Shown one piece after another: positions 48,395 to 61,887 of a stretch of 64,000 nt of DNA. Positions within the stretch are counted from its first letter, which is position 1. Every line of letters begins with the position of its first letter. Under the pieces are notes generated by a model, which had not been told where the DNA came from, made no database searches, and saw nothing but the letters and a program-made list of their open reading frames with translations. The position numbers and the translations under genes are program-made. Source of the stretch: Octopus sinensis (Eukaryota); the NCBI RefSeq assembly GCF_006345805.1, contig NC_042999.1, forward strand, positions 8,556,001 to 8,620,000, given 5' to 3'.

Positions 48395-48930
48395 TCTGCT
48401 TGTTGCAGTCACTTGATCGTGGCCATGCTGGAGCGCTGCTTTTAGTCGAACAAATCGACCCCAGGACTTATTCTTTGTAAGCCCAGTACTTATTCTATAG
48501 GTCTCTTTTGCTGAACCACTAAGTTACAGGGATGTAAACATGCCAGCATTGGTTGTCAAGCGATGGTGGGGTGGGGGACAAACACAGCCACACAAACCAT
48601 GCAAATGGCACCCGTGCTGGTGGCATATAAAACCATCCATTACACTTTCAGAGTGGTTGGCATTAGGAAAGGCATCCAGCCATAGAAAACCAGGCCAAAC
48701 CGTCCAACCCAAGCCAGCATGGACAACAGACGTTACATGATGATGATGATGATGATGATGATGATATACGATAGGCTTCTTTCAGTTTCTGTCTACCAAA
48801 CCCACTCACAATGCTTTGGTGGGCCCGAGGCTATAGTAGAAGACACTTGCCCAAGGTGCCAAGCAGTGGGATTGAACCCAGAACCATGCGGTTGGGAAGC
48901 AAGCTTCTAACCACACAGTCACGCCTGCAC
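48395..48930 (-). mobile_element. Same CORE-like SINE with an RTE-3'-end copy (48590-48765, +) nested in its internal microsatellite
   Basis: Both SINE halves flank the (GAT)n-tailed insert. Confidence 0.7.
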
Positions 48931-49049
48931 CATAAATTACCCATAAATTTTTAACAACAAAATCTTACATGGACCAATGTTAGTCTTGTTAATCTACAAA
49001 TAAAGGATATTTATCCACCAATCCAGTATTGAGCACTCAACCTCACTCT

Positions 49050-49455
49050 CTTTTACTCTCTTTTACTTGTTTCAATCATTTGACTGCAGCCATGCTGGAG
49101 CACCACCTTTAATCGAGCAACTCGACCCCGGGACTTTGTAAGCCCAGTACTTATTCTATCGGTCTCTTTTGCCGAACCGCTAAGTAACGGGGACATAAAC
49201 ACACCAGCATCGGTTGTCAAGCAATGCTAGGGGGACAAACACAGATACACAAACACACACACGCATATATATATATATATATACAAATATATGATGGGCT
49301 TCTTTCAGTTTCCGTCTACCAAATCCACTCACAAGGCTTTGGTCGGCCCGAGGCTATAGTAGAAGACACTTGCTCAAGGTGCCACGCAGTGGGACTAAAC
49401 CCAGAACCATGTGGTTGGTAAACAGGCTACTTACCACACAGCCACTCCTACGCCT
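49050..49455 (-). mobile_element. Same CORE-like SINE, full copy
   Basis: Colinear with 31240-31640. Confidence 0.8.
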
Positions 49456-49529
49456 GTTTGATATTAACATATATATGCATGTGTGCATATGTGTTTTTGT
49501 TTGTGTATATGCAGGTGTGTGTAGATATA

Positions 49530-50520
49530 TATATCATCAGCATCATCAATATCGTCAATTAGCATCTGTTTTCGATGTTGGCATGGGTCAGAGGGTTTGA
49601 CCCAGACTGGCAAGCCAGAGAGCTCTACTGGGTTCCAGTCAGATTTGGCTCTGGTTTCTATGGTTGGACACCTTTCCTTAATGCCAACCACTTCAAGAGT
49701 GTAGTGGGTGCCTCTCGTGTGTCACTGGCACAGGTGCCTTTTAAGTGTCACCAGCACTGGCCACAACTGTGATTTCACTTGGCTTGATGAGTTTTCTCAA
49801 ACACAGCAAATTGCCAAAAGGTCTCAATCACTTCTCATCTCCTCAATCTTCTCAATCACTTCTCATCTCCTCAATCTTCTCAATCACTTCTCAATCTCCT
49901 CAATCTTCTCAATCACTTCTCATCTCCTCAATCTTCTCAATCACTTCTCATCTCCTCAATCTTCTCAATCACTTCTCAATCTCCTCAATCTTCTCAATCA
50001 CTTCTCATCTCCTCAATCTTCTCAATCACTTCTCATCTCCTCAATCTTCTCAATCACTTCTCAATCTCCTCAATCTTCTCAATCACTTCTCATCTCCTCA
50101 ATCTTCTCAATCACTTCTCAATCTCCTCAATCTTCTCAATCACTTCTCAATCTCCTCAATCTTCTCAATCACTTCTCATCTCCTCAATCACTTCTCATCT
50201 CCTCAATCTTCTCAATCACTTCTCAATCTCCTCAATCTTCTCAATCACTTCTCAATCTCCTCAATCTTCTCAATCTCCTCAATCTTCTCAATCACTTCTC
50301 AATCTCCTCAATCTTCTCAATCTCCTCAATCTTCTCAATCACTTCTCAATCTCCTCAATCTTCTCAATCTCCTCAATCTTCTCAATCACTTCTCAATCAC
50401 TTATCATCTCCTCCTCAAGTCCCAACACCTGATGATCAGGCTTCACCATCTCGTCCCACATCCTCCTGGGTCTACCTCTTAGGTCCCATGTTGATGCAGA
50501 CGCTTGTCCAGACCTCAAAT
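49530..50520 (-). mobile_element. RTE-family 3' fragment containing an internally expanded minisatellite
   Basis: Both flanks of the array align to consecutive RTE sequence (compare 32820-32950). Confidence 0.75.
49822..50415. repeat. Minisatellite of ~29-30-bp units (TCTCCTCAATCTTCTCAATCACTTCTCA) built from ~10-bp subunits
   Basis: Seen directly; about 20 units. Confidence 0.95.
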
Positions 50521-50889
50521 GATGGTCATAAATGAATATCTCTCTTGTACGAGTGATGTTATTCATTTCCAGTATTTCCAGGAAAAACAGATCTTGCTAT
50601 GGGGAGACAAGTGAGAGACAGGAAAGGCATCCAGCTGTAGAAAATCTGCCGCAACAAATTCAATCTGATTCATTCTATCAAGGGACATCAAACTCCGACG
50701 TCTGGCAGCAGACTTGGCAGACAATAATCTATAGACATATATCATCATGATGCAAGCAGTGTTGTTTGTTTTCAATCATCTGTGAAAACATGCCCAGCCA
50801 CAAGGAAGTATTACTTTGCTTGGAAACAAATGAGGGTTGGCAGCAGGAAGGGTGTCCAGTCATATTCTGAACACCTTACTTCCTTGGGC

Positions 50890-51250
50890 ATGGATACATT
50901 GAAACTCCAATGTCTGGCAGCAGACTTGGCAGACACACATAAAATTATTAACCATCTTACAAACAATAACTCTGAGCACCTTTTCAAACTCCACCTGTCT
51001 AACACCCGTGGACATGTTTACAAAGTCAGAAAACAGCACAGCTCCTTCCATGACTTTAGGAAACATTTTTTCACGCTGAGAGTTTCTTAAGCATGGAACA
51101 GACTGCCGGCATCAATTGTTAGTTGTCGGAGCACTGCATCCTTCAAAACTTCCATGCTTCCTGAGATTCGCCAACACTCCACCTGATTTTCTCCCCTCCA
51201 TATATACGCAAGCATGTATCCGACTCATACACTGTTTGCTTTCTAGACAT
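50890..51250 (+). mobile_element. CR1-clade LINE 3' end
   Basis: DLADTHKII..LFKL..NTRGHVYKV..DFRKHFFTLRV..AWNRLP..S..FK. Confidence 0.75.
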
Positions 51251-51264
51251 TTATATGTGGCTGT

Positions 51265-51537
51265 TGCCAGTGCCACCTTGACTGGCTTCCATGCCGGTGG
51301 CACGTAAAAGCACCAACCGATTGTGGTTGTGGCCAGCCTTGCCTGGCACCTGTTCCGGTGGCACATAAAAAGCACCCACCACACTCACGGAGTGGTTGGC
51401 GTTAGGAAGGGCATCCAGCTGTAAAAACACTGCCAGATCAGACTGGAGCCTGGTGCAGCCTCCTGGCTTCCCAGACCCCAGTCGAACCGTCCAACCCTGT
51501 GCTAGCATGGGAAATGGACGTTAAACGATAATGATGC

Positions 51538-51572
<35 letters not shown>
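51265..51572 (+). mobile_element. RTE-3'-end short copy
   Basis: Family core and (GAT)n tail. Confidence 0.8.
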
Positions 51573-51989
51573 CATATGCTTTATATGCACTTTTGACAAG
51601 TTGTGGTGCACCTGAGTACTGTATACAATAATTTCATTATTATCATATTAAAATGATGATGATGATAACGATGATGGTGGTGGTGGTGTGGTGGTGGTGG
51701 TGATGAAAGATAAAGAGACTGAAATTGCGATTAGAAGTGGTGAATGGATTAAAGGTAATCCCGAATAGGTGCATGAGGACATGGATTAAGAGTAAATAAA
51801 CAAAAACCTGATTAACATTCTATCAATCATAGTTTCAGTTTGTTTGAATAAAATAAGTCAGCTGTCAACTGAATAAAGATTGCGCTTAATCACATCAATC
51901 ATATTGAGTTAAGAATGGGCTCACTTCACCACCAAGGAGGAGGTTGTTTAATTTTTGTCACTGGAAATACTCGCTACAAGCTCTCTTTC

Positions 51990-52375
51990 AGGTCGCTTCT
52001 TCTTCTCCTTCTTCCTCCTCTTCTTCTTCTTCTTTTCTTCCTCTTCTTCTTCTTCTTTACTTCCTCTTCTTCTTTTCTTCCTCCTCTTCTTCTTCTTCTT
52101 TTCTTCCTCTTCTTCTTCTTCTTTTCCTCTTCTTCTTCTTCTTTTCCTCTTCTTCTTCTTCTTCTTCTTCTCCTCCTTCTTTTTCTTCTTCTTCTTCTTC
52201 TTCTTGTTCCTCCTCCTCCTCCTCCTCTCCTTCTTCTCCCTCTTCTTCTCCTTCCCCTTCTTCCTCTACTCCATCTTCTTCTTCTTCTTCTTCTTCTTCT
52301 TCTCCTTCCCCTTCTTTTTCTTCTTCTTCTCTTCTTCTCCTTCCTTCCTTCCTTCCTTCCTTCCTTCCTTTACTT
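51990..52375. repeat. ~390-bp polypyrimidine tract (CTT/CCT)n
   Basis: Seen directly. Confidence 0.95.
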
Positions 52376-52426
52376 TCTTATTATTTTTGATACTGATACA
52401 GTTACAACTAACACCCCCAAACCACC

Positions 52427-52457
<31 letters not shown>

Positions 52458-52814
52458 CTCTGGCTGCTAAGAACATTACCACCACCACCACCGCTTTCAC
52501 CACGGCCAGTGCACCACCATAACCACCACCACCACCACCACCCTTCCCAACCCTTTTCTCCTCTATTACTTTAATAATAACATCTCCTGCAAACACACAT
52601 CCTTCCATCTTCCTTTTTCCCAATATCCACAATGGCAAATGGCTTCAGGATTCTCATCTTTCCCCTCTCAGCATCTGCCCCACCGTTAAGCACTATTTAT
52701 TGCCATCACGCAATATCATTTCTTATCATCCCTGGTGTGATAAATGGCAAATGCCTTGCTATCTAGCTATATGTACACACACACACACTTGCAAATGTAT
52801 GACTATGTGTGTGC

Positions 52815-53038
52815 GAGTAGGCAGAAACGCTAGCACGCCGGGCGAAATGTGTAGCCGTATTTTGTCTGTCGTTGCGTTCTGAGTTCAAATTCCGCTGAGG
52901 TCGACTTTGCCTTTCATCCTTTCAGGGTCGATAAATTAAGTACCAGTTATGCACTGGGGTCGATGTAATTGACTTAATCCGTTTCTCTGTCCTTGTTTGT
53001 CCCCTCTGTGTTTAGCCCCTTGTGGGTAGTAAAGAAAT
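52815..53038 (+). mobile_element. S1 SINE
   Basis: Full match to the family consensus. Confidence 0.8.
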
Positions 53039-54178
53039 ATATGTGTGTGTGTCAGGGCTCAAGGTGCCAGCAACTCGGGCAGTCGCTCAAGGGGCCATGC
53101 ACAAGGTGGCGCCAAGTAGGGTGTGGCAAAGACAAGAAAATTTCCATGACAGTCAGCTTATACACACAAATGATCAGTTTTCCCGGGGCGCAAGCAACTC
53201 TGGGGTTGGCCCCTGCTGTGTGTGTGCATATGTGTTTGTGTGTGTTTGTGTGCATGTGCATTTGCATGTGTGCATGTTTGCATGTGTGCATGTTTGTGTG
53301 TGTGCGTGCATGTGTGTGTGCACACGTGTGTGTGTGTGTGTGCACACATGTGTGTGTGCGTGCATGTTTGTGTGTGTGTATATTTGTGTGTACGTGTGCA
53401 TGTATGTGTGGCGTGTGTGGGAGCGTGTACTTGTCTGTGTATTTATCCCCTATACCCTCATGATAACTGGTGTTGGTGTGTTTACATCCCGATGATTATT
53501 GGGGTAGATTCATTCGACTAAAATTTCTTTAAGGTGGTGCCCCAGTACGGCCACAGTCTAATGACTGAAAGGAAGTTAAAGGTAGAACAGGTAAGAAGAA
53601 AAAAGGTGTGTCTGGCCATGGGGGACATATTTCTTTGCTCAGAAGTAGGGGACAGTAGGTGACAGGAAGGGCATCCAACCACAGGACCTTGCCCACACAC
53701 AAAGTCCACTGAAAGTCATGCAAGCATGGAACAGTGGACACTGAAACAATGACGATGATGATGATGATGTCAATGATGATGATGATGGTGATGATGATGG
53801 TGATGAGGAGGATGATGATGGTGATGATGATGATGACGATGATGACGATGATGAAGGTGATGATGATGGTGATGATAGTAATGATGATGATGGTGATGAT
53901 GAAGGTGATGGTGATGATGATGGTGATGATGATGATGATGGTGATGGTGATGGTGATGGTGATGATGATGGTGATGATGAAGGTGATGGTAATCTTTCCT
54001 ATGCCAGGCACAAGGCCCGAAATTTTATGGGAGGGCACCAGTCAATTAGATTGACTCCAGTACAGAACAGGTACTTAATTTATTGACTCTGAAAGGATGA
54101 AAGGCAAAGTGGACCTCGGTGGAATTTGAATTCGGAACATAGATGGTGATGATAATGGTGATGATAATGATGATGATA

Positions 54179-54214
<36 letters not shown>

Positions 54215-54871
54215 TACTTGGTGCTGTTTGTTTTTTTGTTGTTTTGCATGCCACCAGCACTTGAGAGGTTCGCATGTAATTGACAAAAAAGAACAGAAGG
54301 AAAAGAAAGGGAAAAGCTGCCATTACTAAAAGAGCAGCATTTGGTCGGAGAAGCTGGAGGTTGATGGTTTTATGGCAGGTGTTAAAACACTAAAGTTTGG
54401 TTGAGGGACAAGCACAGGTGTGATGCTGAAGAGGAGATACATGTCTGAAGGAGATAAGTAGAAGGTAGTGATGGGGGGCGGGGTTGCTAAAGCTTAACTC
54501 AGTCCTGCAGCTTCTTGGTTCATGGTCAAACAATCCGACCTGTGCCAGCATGGAAAGTGGACGTTAAATGACCTCAACTGAATTTGTACTCATAATAAAA
54601 AAAAAAACAACAGAAGAAATTCCAGTTAGCATTTTGTCCAACATTCTAACGATTCTGTCAGCTCATTGTCTCATTAATAACAACAACAACAGCAATAATC
54701 CTCTGGAAAACCCTATCGATTGAAATGTCTGTGTTGTATTGCATGAAAACAGTTCACTACTTCCCCTCTTCAAGCTTTCAGTCTTACTGTAACATCTCTT
54801 ATCCTTCGCTCGCCCCAGGATGCTGGGTGTGTCTCAGCAAGTGACTGTAACAAACATGCTGATTAATAGTA

Positions 54872-54918
<47 letters not shown>

Positions 54919-54920
<2 letters not shown>

Positions 54921-56115
54921 TAGAAATACTATATATACAACATATAGAAGGTGTTAGAGGCCTTATACAGCTGGAAAACTACTATAAAATAACCACCACA
55001 GGACTGCAAAAATATCTACTTCAGAAGGAAGGAAAACTGATCCAGATAGCGGCAAAACATGAGCAAAACAAAAAACTGTTCTCAGTATTTAAGGAAGCTG
55101 AGAAATACAAACAAAAAATCATACCACCTAATAAATATGAAGAAGAAGAAGAAGAAGAAGAAGAAGAAGAAGAAGATGAAGAAACAACAAAAGCTATAAA
55201 ACAAATGAAATCCAAACTAAAAATAGAACAGCAACGAACCATGATAAAACGATGGCAAGAAAATCCCCTTCATGGTAAATACTGGACTAAACTAAATGCA
55301 AAAGAAATAGACAAATAAAAATCCCAGCAATGGTTGAGAAGCTCAGGACTCAAAGCAGAGACAGAGGGATTTTTAATTGCAGCACAAGACCAAAGCCTCC
55401 CCACCAGAAATTACCAAAAACATGTAATGAAAAGAAATATAACAAGTAACTGCAGAATATGTGGAGATGGACAAGAAACAATAAATCATATCTCTGGCTG
55501 CCCAGTCCTGGCTAAGTAGGAATATATTCACAGACACGACAGAGTTGGAACCTACATACACTGGAAGCTATGCCAACATTATGGAATAACAACAGAAAAA
55601 AGATGGTATAGGCACACACCAGAAAAGGCCACAGAAAACGAGAAAGCAACCGTACTCTGGGATATGTCGATACACACAGATAGAGAAATTAAGGCCAACA
55701 GACCAGATATAGTTGTCAGAGATCATGAAGAAAAAATGCTTTCTTATTGATGTATCAATACCGGCAGATGACAATGTGTCTCTAAAAGAAATGGAGAAAC
55801 TTTCAAAATACAAAGACCTGGAAATAGAGGTAACCAGAATGTGGAATCTAAAAACAGAAACAATTCCTATCATAGTAGGTGCATTAGGCATGATAAAAAA
55901 ATATTCAGACAAATACATAACAAAAACACCAGGACTTGCAAAAACACATATAACATACAGAAAATTGCACTACTAGGCACTGCACACATCCTACACAGAA
56001 CACTTTCCATACAATAACCATCAGAGCATCACAACAAATCACAGCACAAACCCAAGGCACACAGAGCTACGCTCAGTAGTGAAGTGAAAGCACGCTATAA
56101 AAATAAAACTACTGA
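54919..56115 (+). mobile_element. R4/Dong-like family A, longest fragment, disrupted
   Basis: Same motifs as 16700-17517 plus the full 3' UTR; between (AAT)n tracts. Confidence 0.9.
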
Positions 56116-56129
56116 ATAATAATAATAAT

Positions 56130-56665
56130 AATGATAAGAGCCAAACAATGGTTTGAACAGAAGCCAGTGGGAGAAATGGAAAATGAACATTACAAAATAC
56201 TCAGGGATTTTAACATGCAGTGCTACTAAGTCATAGAGGTAAGACAACCAGATATCATGCTCATCCATAAAGATGAAAAAGAAGTAAAGATGATAGATGT
56301 TGCAATACTGGGTGATTTGAGGGTGAAATGTAAGGAAAGAGAAAAGAGTGAGAAATACCAACCACTGCGAGACAAGATAGGAAAGTAATGGGACATGAGG
56401 AAAGTAATGGTGATACCTTGTGGTAATTGGAGCATTAGGAGCAGTTTCCAAAGGCTTTGCTAAACATATTAAGAATATTGGGGCTGCTGTCAGGTTCTAG
56501 GTGACCCAGAAGACAGCATTGTTGGGGACAGCTCGCATTTTAAGGAGAGTATTGTCTCTTTGAGTCACAGGAGAATGCACCACTTGAAACTTTTGGTGAT
56601 TTGTTATTGCCTGCTTTCAAGGAAAGAATAACTGGCTATTAAGAATTATCCGTGAGTCTTTCATA
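56130..56665 (+). mobile_element. R4/Dong-like family C 3' fragment
   Basis: PDIMLI...MIDVAI...EKSEKYQ..., TALLGTARILRRVL. Confidence 0.75.
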
Positions 56666-56879
56666 ATAATAATAATAATAATAATCTTTTTTTTTTAAAT
56701 TTATTTATTAGACATTCACTAGTACAACACCAAAAATAAAACCCCAAATATATGGCACACTACGGATAACAACAACGTGAACTTCCAACCTGTTGTCTCT
56801 TGAGGTCTCTGGGTGAGACTTGGAGCCAACTTGTACAAATGTAAAGCAAAAGTCAAACATAAAATAATAATAATAATAA

Positions 56880-57395
56880 TAGCAGTTTCAAATTTTGTCA
56901 CAAGGGTAACCAGTTCAGAGAAGGGACCAATTCGGTTACGTCAAACCCAGTGTTCCACAGGTATTTATTTTATCGATCCCCCAAAAAGATGAAAAGCAAA
57001 GTTGAACTGGATGGAATTTGAACTCAGAATTGAAAGGTGGCCAAAATACTGCTAAGCCTTTTGCCTGGCGTGCTAACGATTCTGCCAGCTCACCAATAAT
57101 AACAATAATAATAATAATATTAATAATAATAATAATAATTATAATAATAATAATAATAATCTCATTTCTTTACTGCCCACAAGGGACTAAACACAGAGAG
57201 GACAAACAAGGACAGACAAAGGGATTAAGTCGATTATATCTACCCCAGTGCATAACTGGTACTTATTTAATCGACCCCGAAAGGATGAAAGGCAAAGTTG
57301 ACCTCGGCGGAATTTGAACTCAAAACGTAACAGCAGGCAAAATACCGCAGTGCATTTCGCCCGGCGTGCTAACGTTTCTGCCAGCTCACCGCCTT
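56880..57395 (-). mobile_element. Two S1 SINE copies separated by (AAT)n
   Basis: Reverse-complement matches. Confidence 0.75.
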
Positions 57396-57416
57396 AATAA
57401 TAATAATAATAACAAC

Positions 57417-57464
<48 letters not shown>

Positions 57465-57659
57465 GATGATGATACATTTTGATTAGAGTCAAAAATGTCA
57501 TATGTTTAGGGAAGAGAAATGCTTTGGTGTGGAATGGAAATCTCTTCCCAAAGACATTAGCTGCTGTTTATTGGAAATGGTGCAAATGGGAAATGGAAGA
57601 TCATTGGCTCAGCAGGATCTTATTTCCGGCTCTGTTCCGTTCACTGCAATAATGGGAGC

Positions 57660-58325
57660 AACAGTGGTGGTGGTGGTGGTGGTGGTAATGGTGTGGTGGT
57701 GGCATGTGGTGGTGATGCTGATGATGATGGTCGTGGCGATAGTGGTAGTGGTGACAGGAGCGGAGGTGGTGGTGGTGGTGGTGGTGGTGGTTTTGGTGGT
57801 GGTGGTGGTGGTGGTGGTGGTGGTGGTGATGGTGGTGGTGGTAATGGTGTGGTGGTGGCATGTGGTGGTGATGTTGATGATGATGGTTGTGGCGATAGTG
57901 GTAGTGGTGACAGGAGCGGAGGTGGTGGTGGTGTTGATGTTGGTGGTGGTGGTGGTGGTGGTGTGGTGGTGGTGATGATGGTGGTGGTAGCATGTGTTAG
58001 TGATGGTGGTGGTGTAGGTATTGTTGCCGTTGTTGTTGCCAGTGGTGGGTGGTGGTAGTAGTTATGGTGACAGTGGTGATGGTGGTGGCGTGTGGTGGTG
58101 ATGGTAGTGATGATAGTGGTAGTGGTACAGGAGCGGAGGTGGGGGTGTTGATGTTGGTGGCGGTGGTGGTGATGGTGCTGGTGTAGGCGTTGTCAGTGGT
58201 GGGTGGTGGTAGTGGTTATGGTGATGATGATAGTTGAGGTGATAGTGGTAGTGGTGACAGTAGCAGAGGTGGTGGTGATGGTAGTGGTGTTAGAGGTGAT
58301 GCTAGTGGTGGTGGTGGTGGTAGCA
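57660..58325. repeat. (GGT)n-rich tract with a higher-order ~140-bp duplication
   Basis: GATAGTGGTAGTGGTGACAGGAGCGGAGGTGG recurs 3-4 times. Confidence 0.85.
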
Positions 58326-58600
58326 ATAATGTTATGTAATAGTAGTAGTAGTAGTAGTAGTAGTAGTTAATGGACACATTTGAACACTGCAGTGCGGTCA
58401 TTAATCATTGCACAGGTGAGACAAATGGTCGGTGTTTATTGCTCAGGTGAGCTTTTGCATCAAATCTAACCAACAGCAGGTGAATATCACCATGTTACCA
58501 ACAGCTATCAGTAAATGATGCTGTCTTCAAGCTGTAATTTGCACAGACAAATATAAGGACAACAACAACAACAACAACAACAACGATAATAATAATAATG

Positions 58601-58643
<43 letters not shown>

Positions 58644-58766
58644 TAATAATAATAATAGTAATAATAATAATGATAATAATAATAGTAATAATAATAATAA
58701 TAATAGTAGTAGTAATAATAATAATGATAGTAGTAGTAGTAGTAGTAGTAGTAGTTGTTGTAGTAG

Positions 58767-58800
<34 letters not shown>

Positions 58801-59595
58801 GATAGTAATAATAATAATAGTAATAATAATAATAATAATAATAGTAATAGTATTACTATTACTAATAATAATGATAATAATAATAATAGTAGTAGTAGTA
58901 GTAATAAAATTCCTGTAATTGTGATAAATTTAGCGTTCTCACTGTTAGAGAAAAAAAAAATTCAAATCAAATTAAGAAAAATCTAAATGAAATCAAAATA
59001 TAATGCCAGTAATTTTTAAAGAAATTCTCGTGGAAAATTCGTTTTATTTATGCGACATATTCATTTTTATCTTATTATTTTTGCCAATTTTATTTTTGAA
59101 ATTTTCTAAAATGAAAATAAATTGGAGAAGAGAACACCCACGGCCAAAAGAAGGGAAAAGATTAAATGGAGAAAATTGCACTCAATAGAGTTTTGGCATC
59201 TTTGGTGAAAGGAGAATCATGGGTAAAAGATTCGTTTTTTTTTTGTTTTTTTTTTAAATTTTGTTTTATTTTTTTATGTTGGCAAACACTGAGCAATTGT
59301 TTCGTAAAAGAAGGGACACTGTGTTTTTCTGCTCAGCAACAACAGTGTGGTTTGCCAAGATTTTTATTATTGGTTGTACAATATCAATATTAATGAGAGC
59401 CGGTGTGATTTAAGATTCGTTAATGGAGTGTTGATTAAACGATGTGATGAATACATGCATGCATGTCTGTATGTGTGTACATATGTGTATGCGTGTGTGT
59501 GTGTGTGTGTGTATATGCTTGGATGCATGTGTGTATGTGTATGTAAGTATATGTCTGCCACACATGTATTCATATATACATATAGAAGTAAATAC

Positions 59596-59643
<48 letters not shown>

Positions 59644-60564
59644 GCATGTATATATGTATGTATATATATATGTGTGTATATATATATATATATTTATATA
59701 AATATATTATATGTATATATATAAATACTTAAACATGTATTCATGTTATTACATCAGTTTTACATTAAGGTAATACACACACAGGCACACACATGAATAC
59801 ATGCATGCACACACATACACACACATACACACACACACACACACACACCTGCACATATTTATTACCATCATCATTTAGCATCTTCCTCTGATGTTAGCAA
59901 GGGTTGGAGGCTGGTTTGACAGCATCAAATATGCCAGAAGACCCTGCTGAGCCCTGGTGTGTATTTTGGCATGTTTTCTACCCCTGGATGCCCTTCCAAA
60001 TGCCAACCAATTTACAGAGGGTACTGGGTGCAAGTGAGGTCCACCTAATAACGGCAAGACAAAATCCATCAACTAAGGGTTGGGGTATCACACTGAGGGA
60101 TGTGAAAGTCTTGTAGAGTGATGCACACACACAGGTCTCTTGCTGAAAAGAAGATACAGGGCAGGAGAGTGAGAGAGAAAGAAAGGGAGAGAGAGAGAAA
60201 GAATGGGAGGGAGAGAGAAAGAATGGGAGAAGGAGAGAGAGAAAGAAAGGGAGAGAGAGAGAAAGAAAGGGAGAGAGAGAGGGAGAAAGAAAGGGAGAGA
60301 GAGAGGGAGAAAGAAAGGGAGAGAGAGAGAGAGAGAAAGAAAGGGAGAGAGAGAGAGAGAGAAAGGGAGAGAGAGAGAGAAATAATGAGAGAGGGAGAGA
60401 GAGAGAAATGAAGAGGGTATATCCTCACGGTCCCAGGTGAATATCAGAGAGAGAATAGGGTCAAAGCAATGGTGAATTATCTTATATATTGCTGTTTAAT
60501 CTAATGTTAGTGAAGCTGTTTATTTCTTAGCTTGGTAGGGTCTGTAAGTTTCTGGATATGTTGC

Positions 60565-60740
60565 AGGCAAGGGTATGTGGTTGAGAGGCTTGCTCAGCAA
60601 CCAAGTGGTCTTGGGTTCAATCCCAATTGTGTGGCACCTTAGACAAATGTCTTCTGCTGTAACCCTGGGCTGACCAATGCCTTCTGAGGGGATTTAGCAG
60701 ATGGGAACTGTATTGCCACCCATTGTATGTGTGTATATAT
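60565..60740 (+). mobile_element. CORE-like SINE 5' half, diverged
   Basis: GTGGTTGAGAGGCTTGCT..GGGTTCAATCCC..GGCACCTTAGACAAATGTCTTCTG. Confidence 0.6.
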
Positions 60741-60763
60741 ATATGTATGTGTATGTATGTATG

Positions 60764-60795
<32 letters not shown>

Positions 60796-61134
60796 TGTAT
60801 GTATGTATGTATCTATCTATCTATCTATATATATATATCATCAGCAGCAGCATCATCTAACATCTGTTTTCCATGCTGGCATGGGTTGGAGAGTTTTTCC
60901 GGGGCTGGTAAGGCAGTGGTGGGAGGCTTTACCAGACTCAGTCTGTTTTGGAATGGTTTCTTTGGCTGGATACTCCCTTCCTAACACCAACTACACCAGG
61001 AGTGTAATAGGTGCTTTTATGTGCAGCTGGTATGGGTACTAACTGTGGTTTCACTTGACTTGTTGGGGCTTCTTCTCAAGAATGGCATAATGCCAAAAAA
61101 TATAAATATGTGTATATATACATATATATGTGTG

Positions 61135-61352
61135 AAGGCGGCGAGCTGGCAGAAACGGTAGCACACCGGGCGAAATGCGTTGCCGTATTTTGTCTGCCGT
61201 TACGTTCTGAGTTCAAATTCCGCCGAGGTCGACTTTGCCTTTCATCCTTTCGGGGTCGATAAATTAAGTACCAGTTACGCACTGGGGTTGATGGAATCGA
61301 CTTAATTGCTTTGTTTGTCCTTGTGTTTAGCCCTTTGTGGGTAGTAAAGAAA
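61135..61352 (+). mobile_element. S1 SINE, CpG-retaining (young)
   Basis: Near-consensus copy. Confidence 0.8.
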
Positions 61353-61701
61353 TATATATATGTGTGTATGTGTGTGTGTGTGTATGTACAAACACACACA
61401 CACAAGTGAGTGAGCAAAGAAAAGAAAAAGGCTTCCGATACATTTAATAGGAGTTACAAACATTATTATAATTTGGTTATTCGAACCTGAATGAACCAGG
61501 TTTCTGTAAGAAGCCTGTGAAACGTTAAGGTGCATGGAACCAAATCAAACAGTTTAAAATAAATCCATATTGGTTCACCAGAAGCCAACACAAATAGAGA
61601 GTCAATTACATTGACCCCAGTACTTGACTGGTACTCAATGGACCCCCAAAAGGATGAAAAGCAACATGTCACACAATATAACTGTCCCTTTAAATATATT
61701 T

Positions 61702-61830
61702 ATTTATATTAAGGGCATTACTTTACATAAATGCCTCACGCTAGGAGGGACTCTTAAAGTCAAAACTACCATAATAAACATTTCAAGAGTCCCTCCTCGA
61801 GTGAAGCATTTATGTATAGTAATGCCCTTA

Positions 61831-61839
<9 letters not shown>
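61702..61839. mobile_element. Small palindromic MITE-like element (~57-bp arms)
   Basis: TTAAGGGCATTAC...GTAATGCCCTTAA; TTAA at 61709-61712 and 61828-61831. Confidence 0.65.

Positions 61840-61887
<48 letters not shown>

Noticed and set aside
49708-50535. 275-aa and 245-aa repetitive ORFs
   Set aside because: Produced by a stop-free minisatellite inside an RTE remnant.
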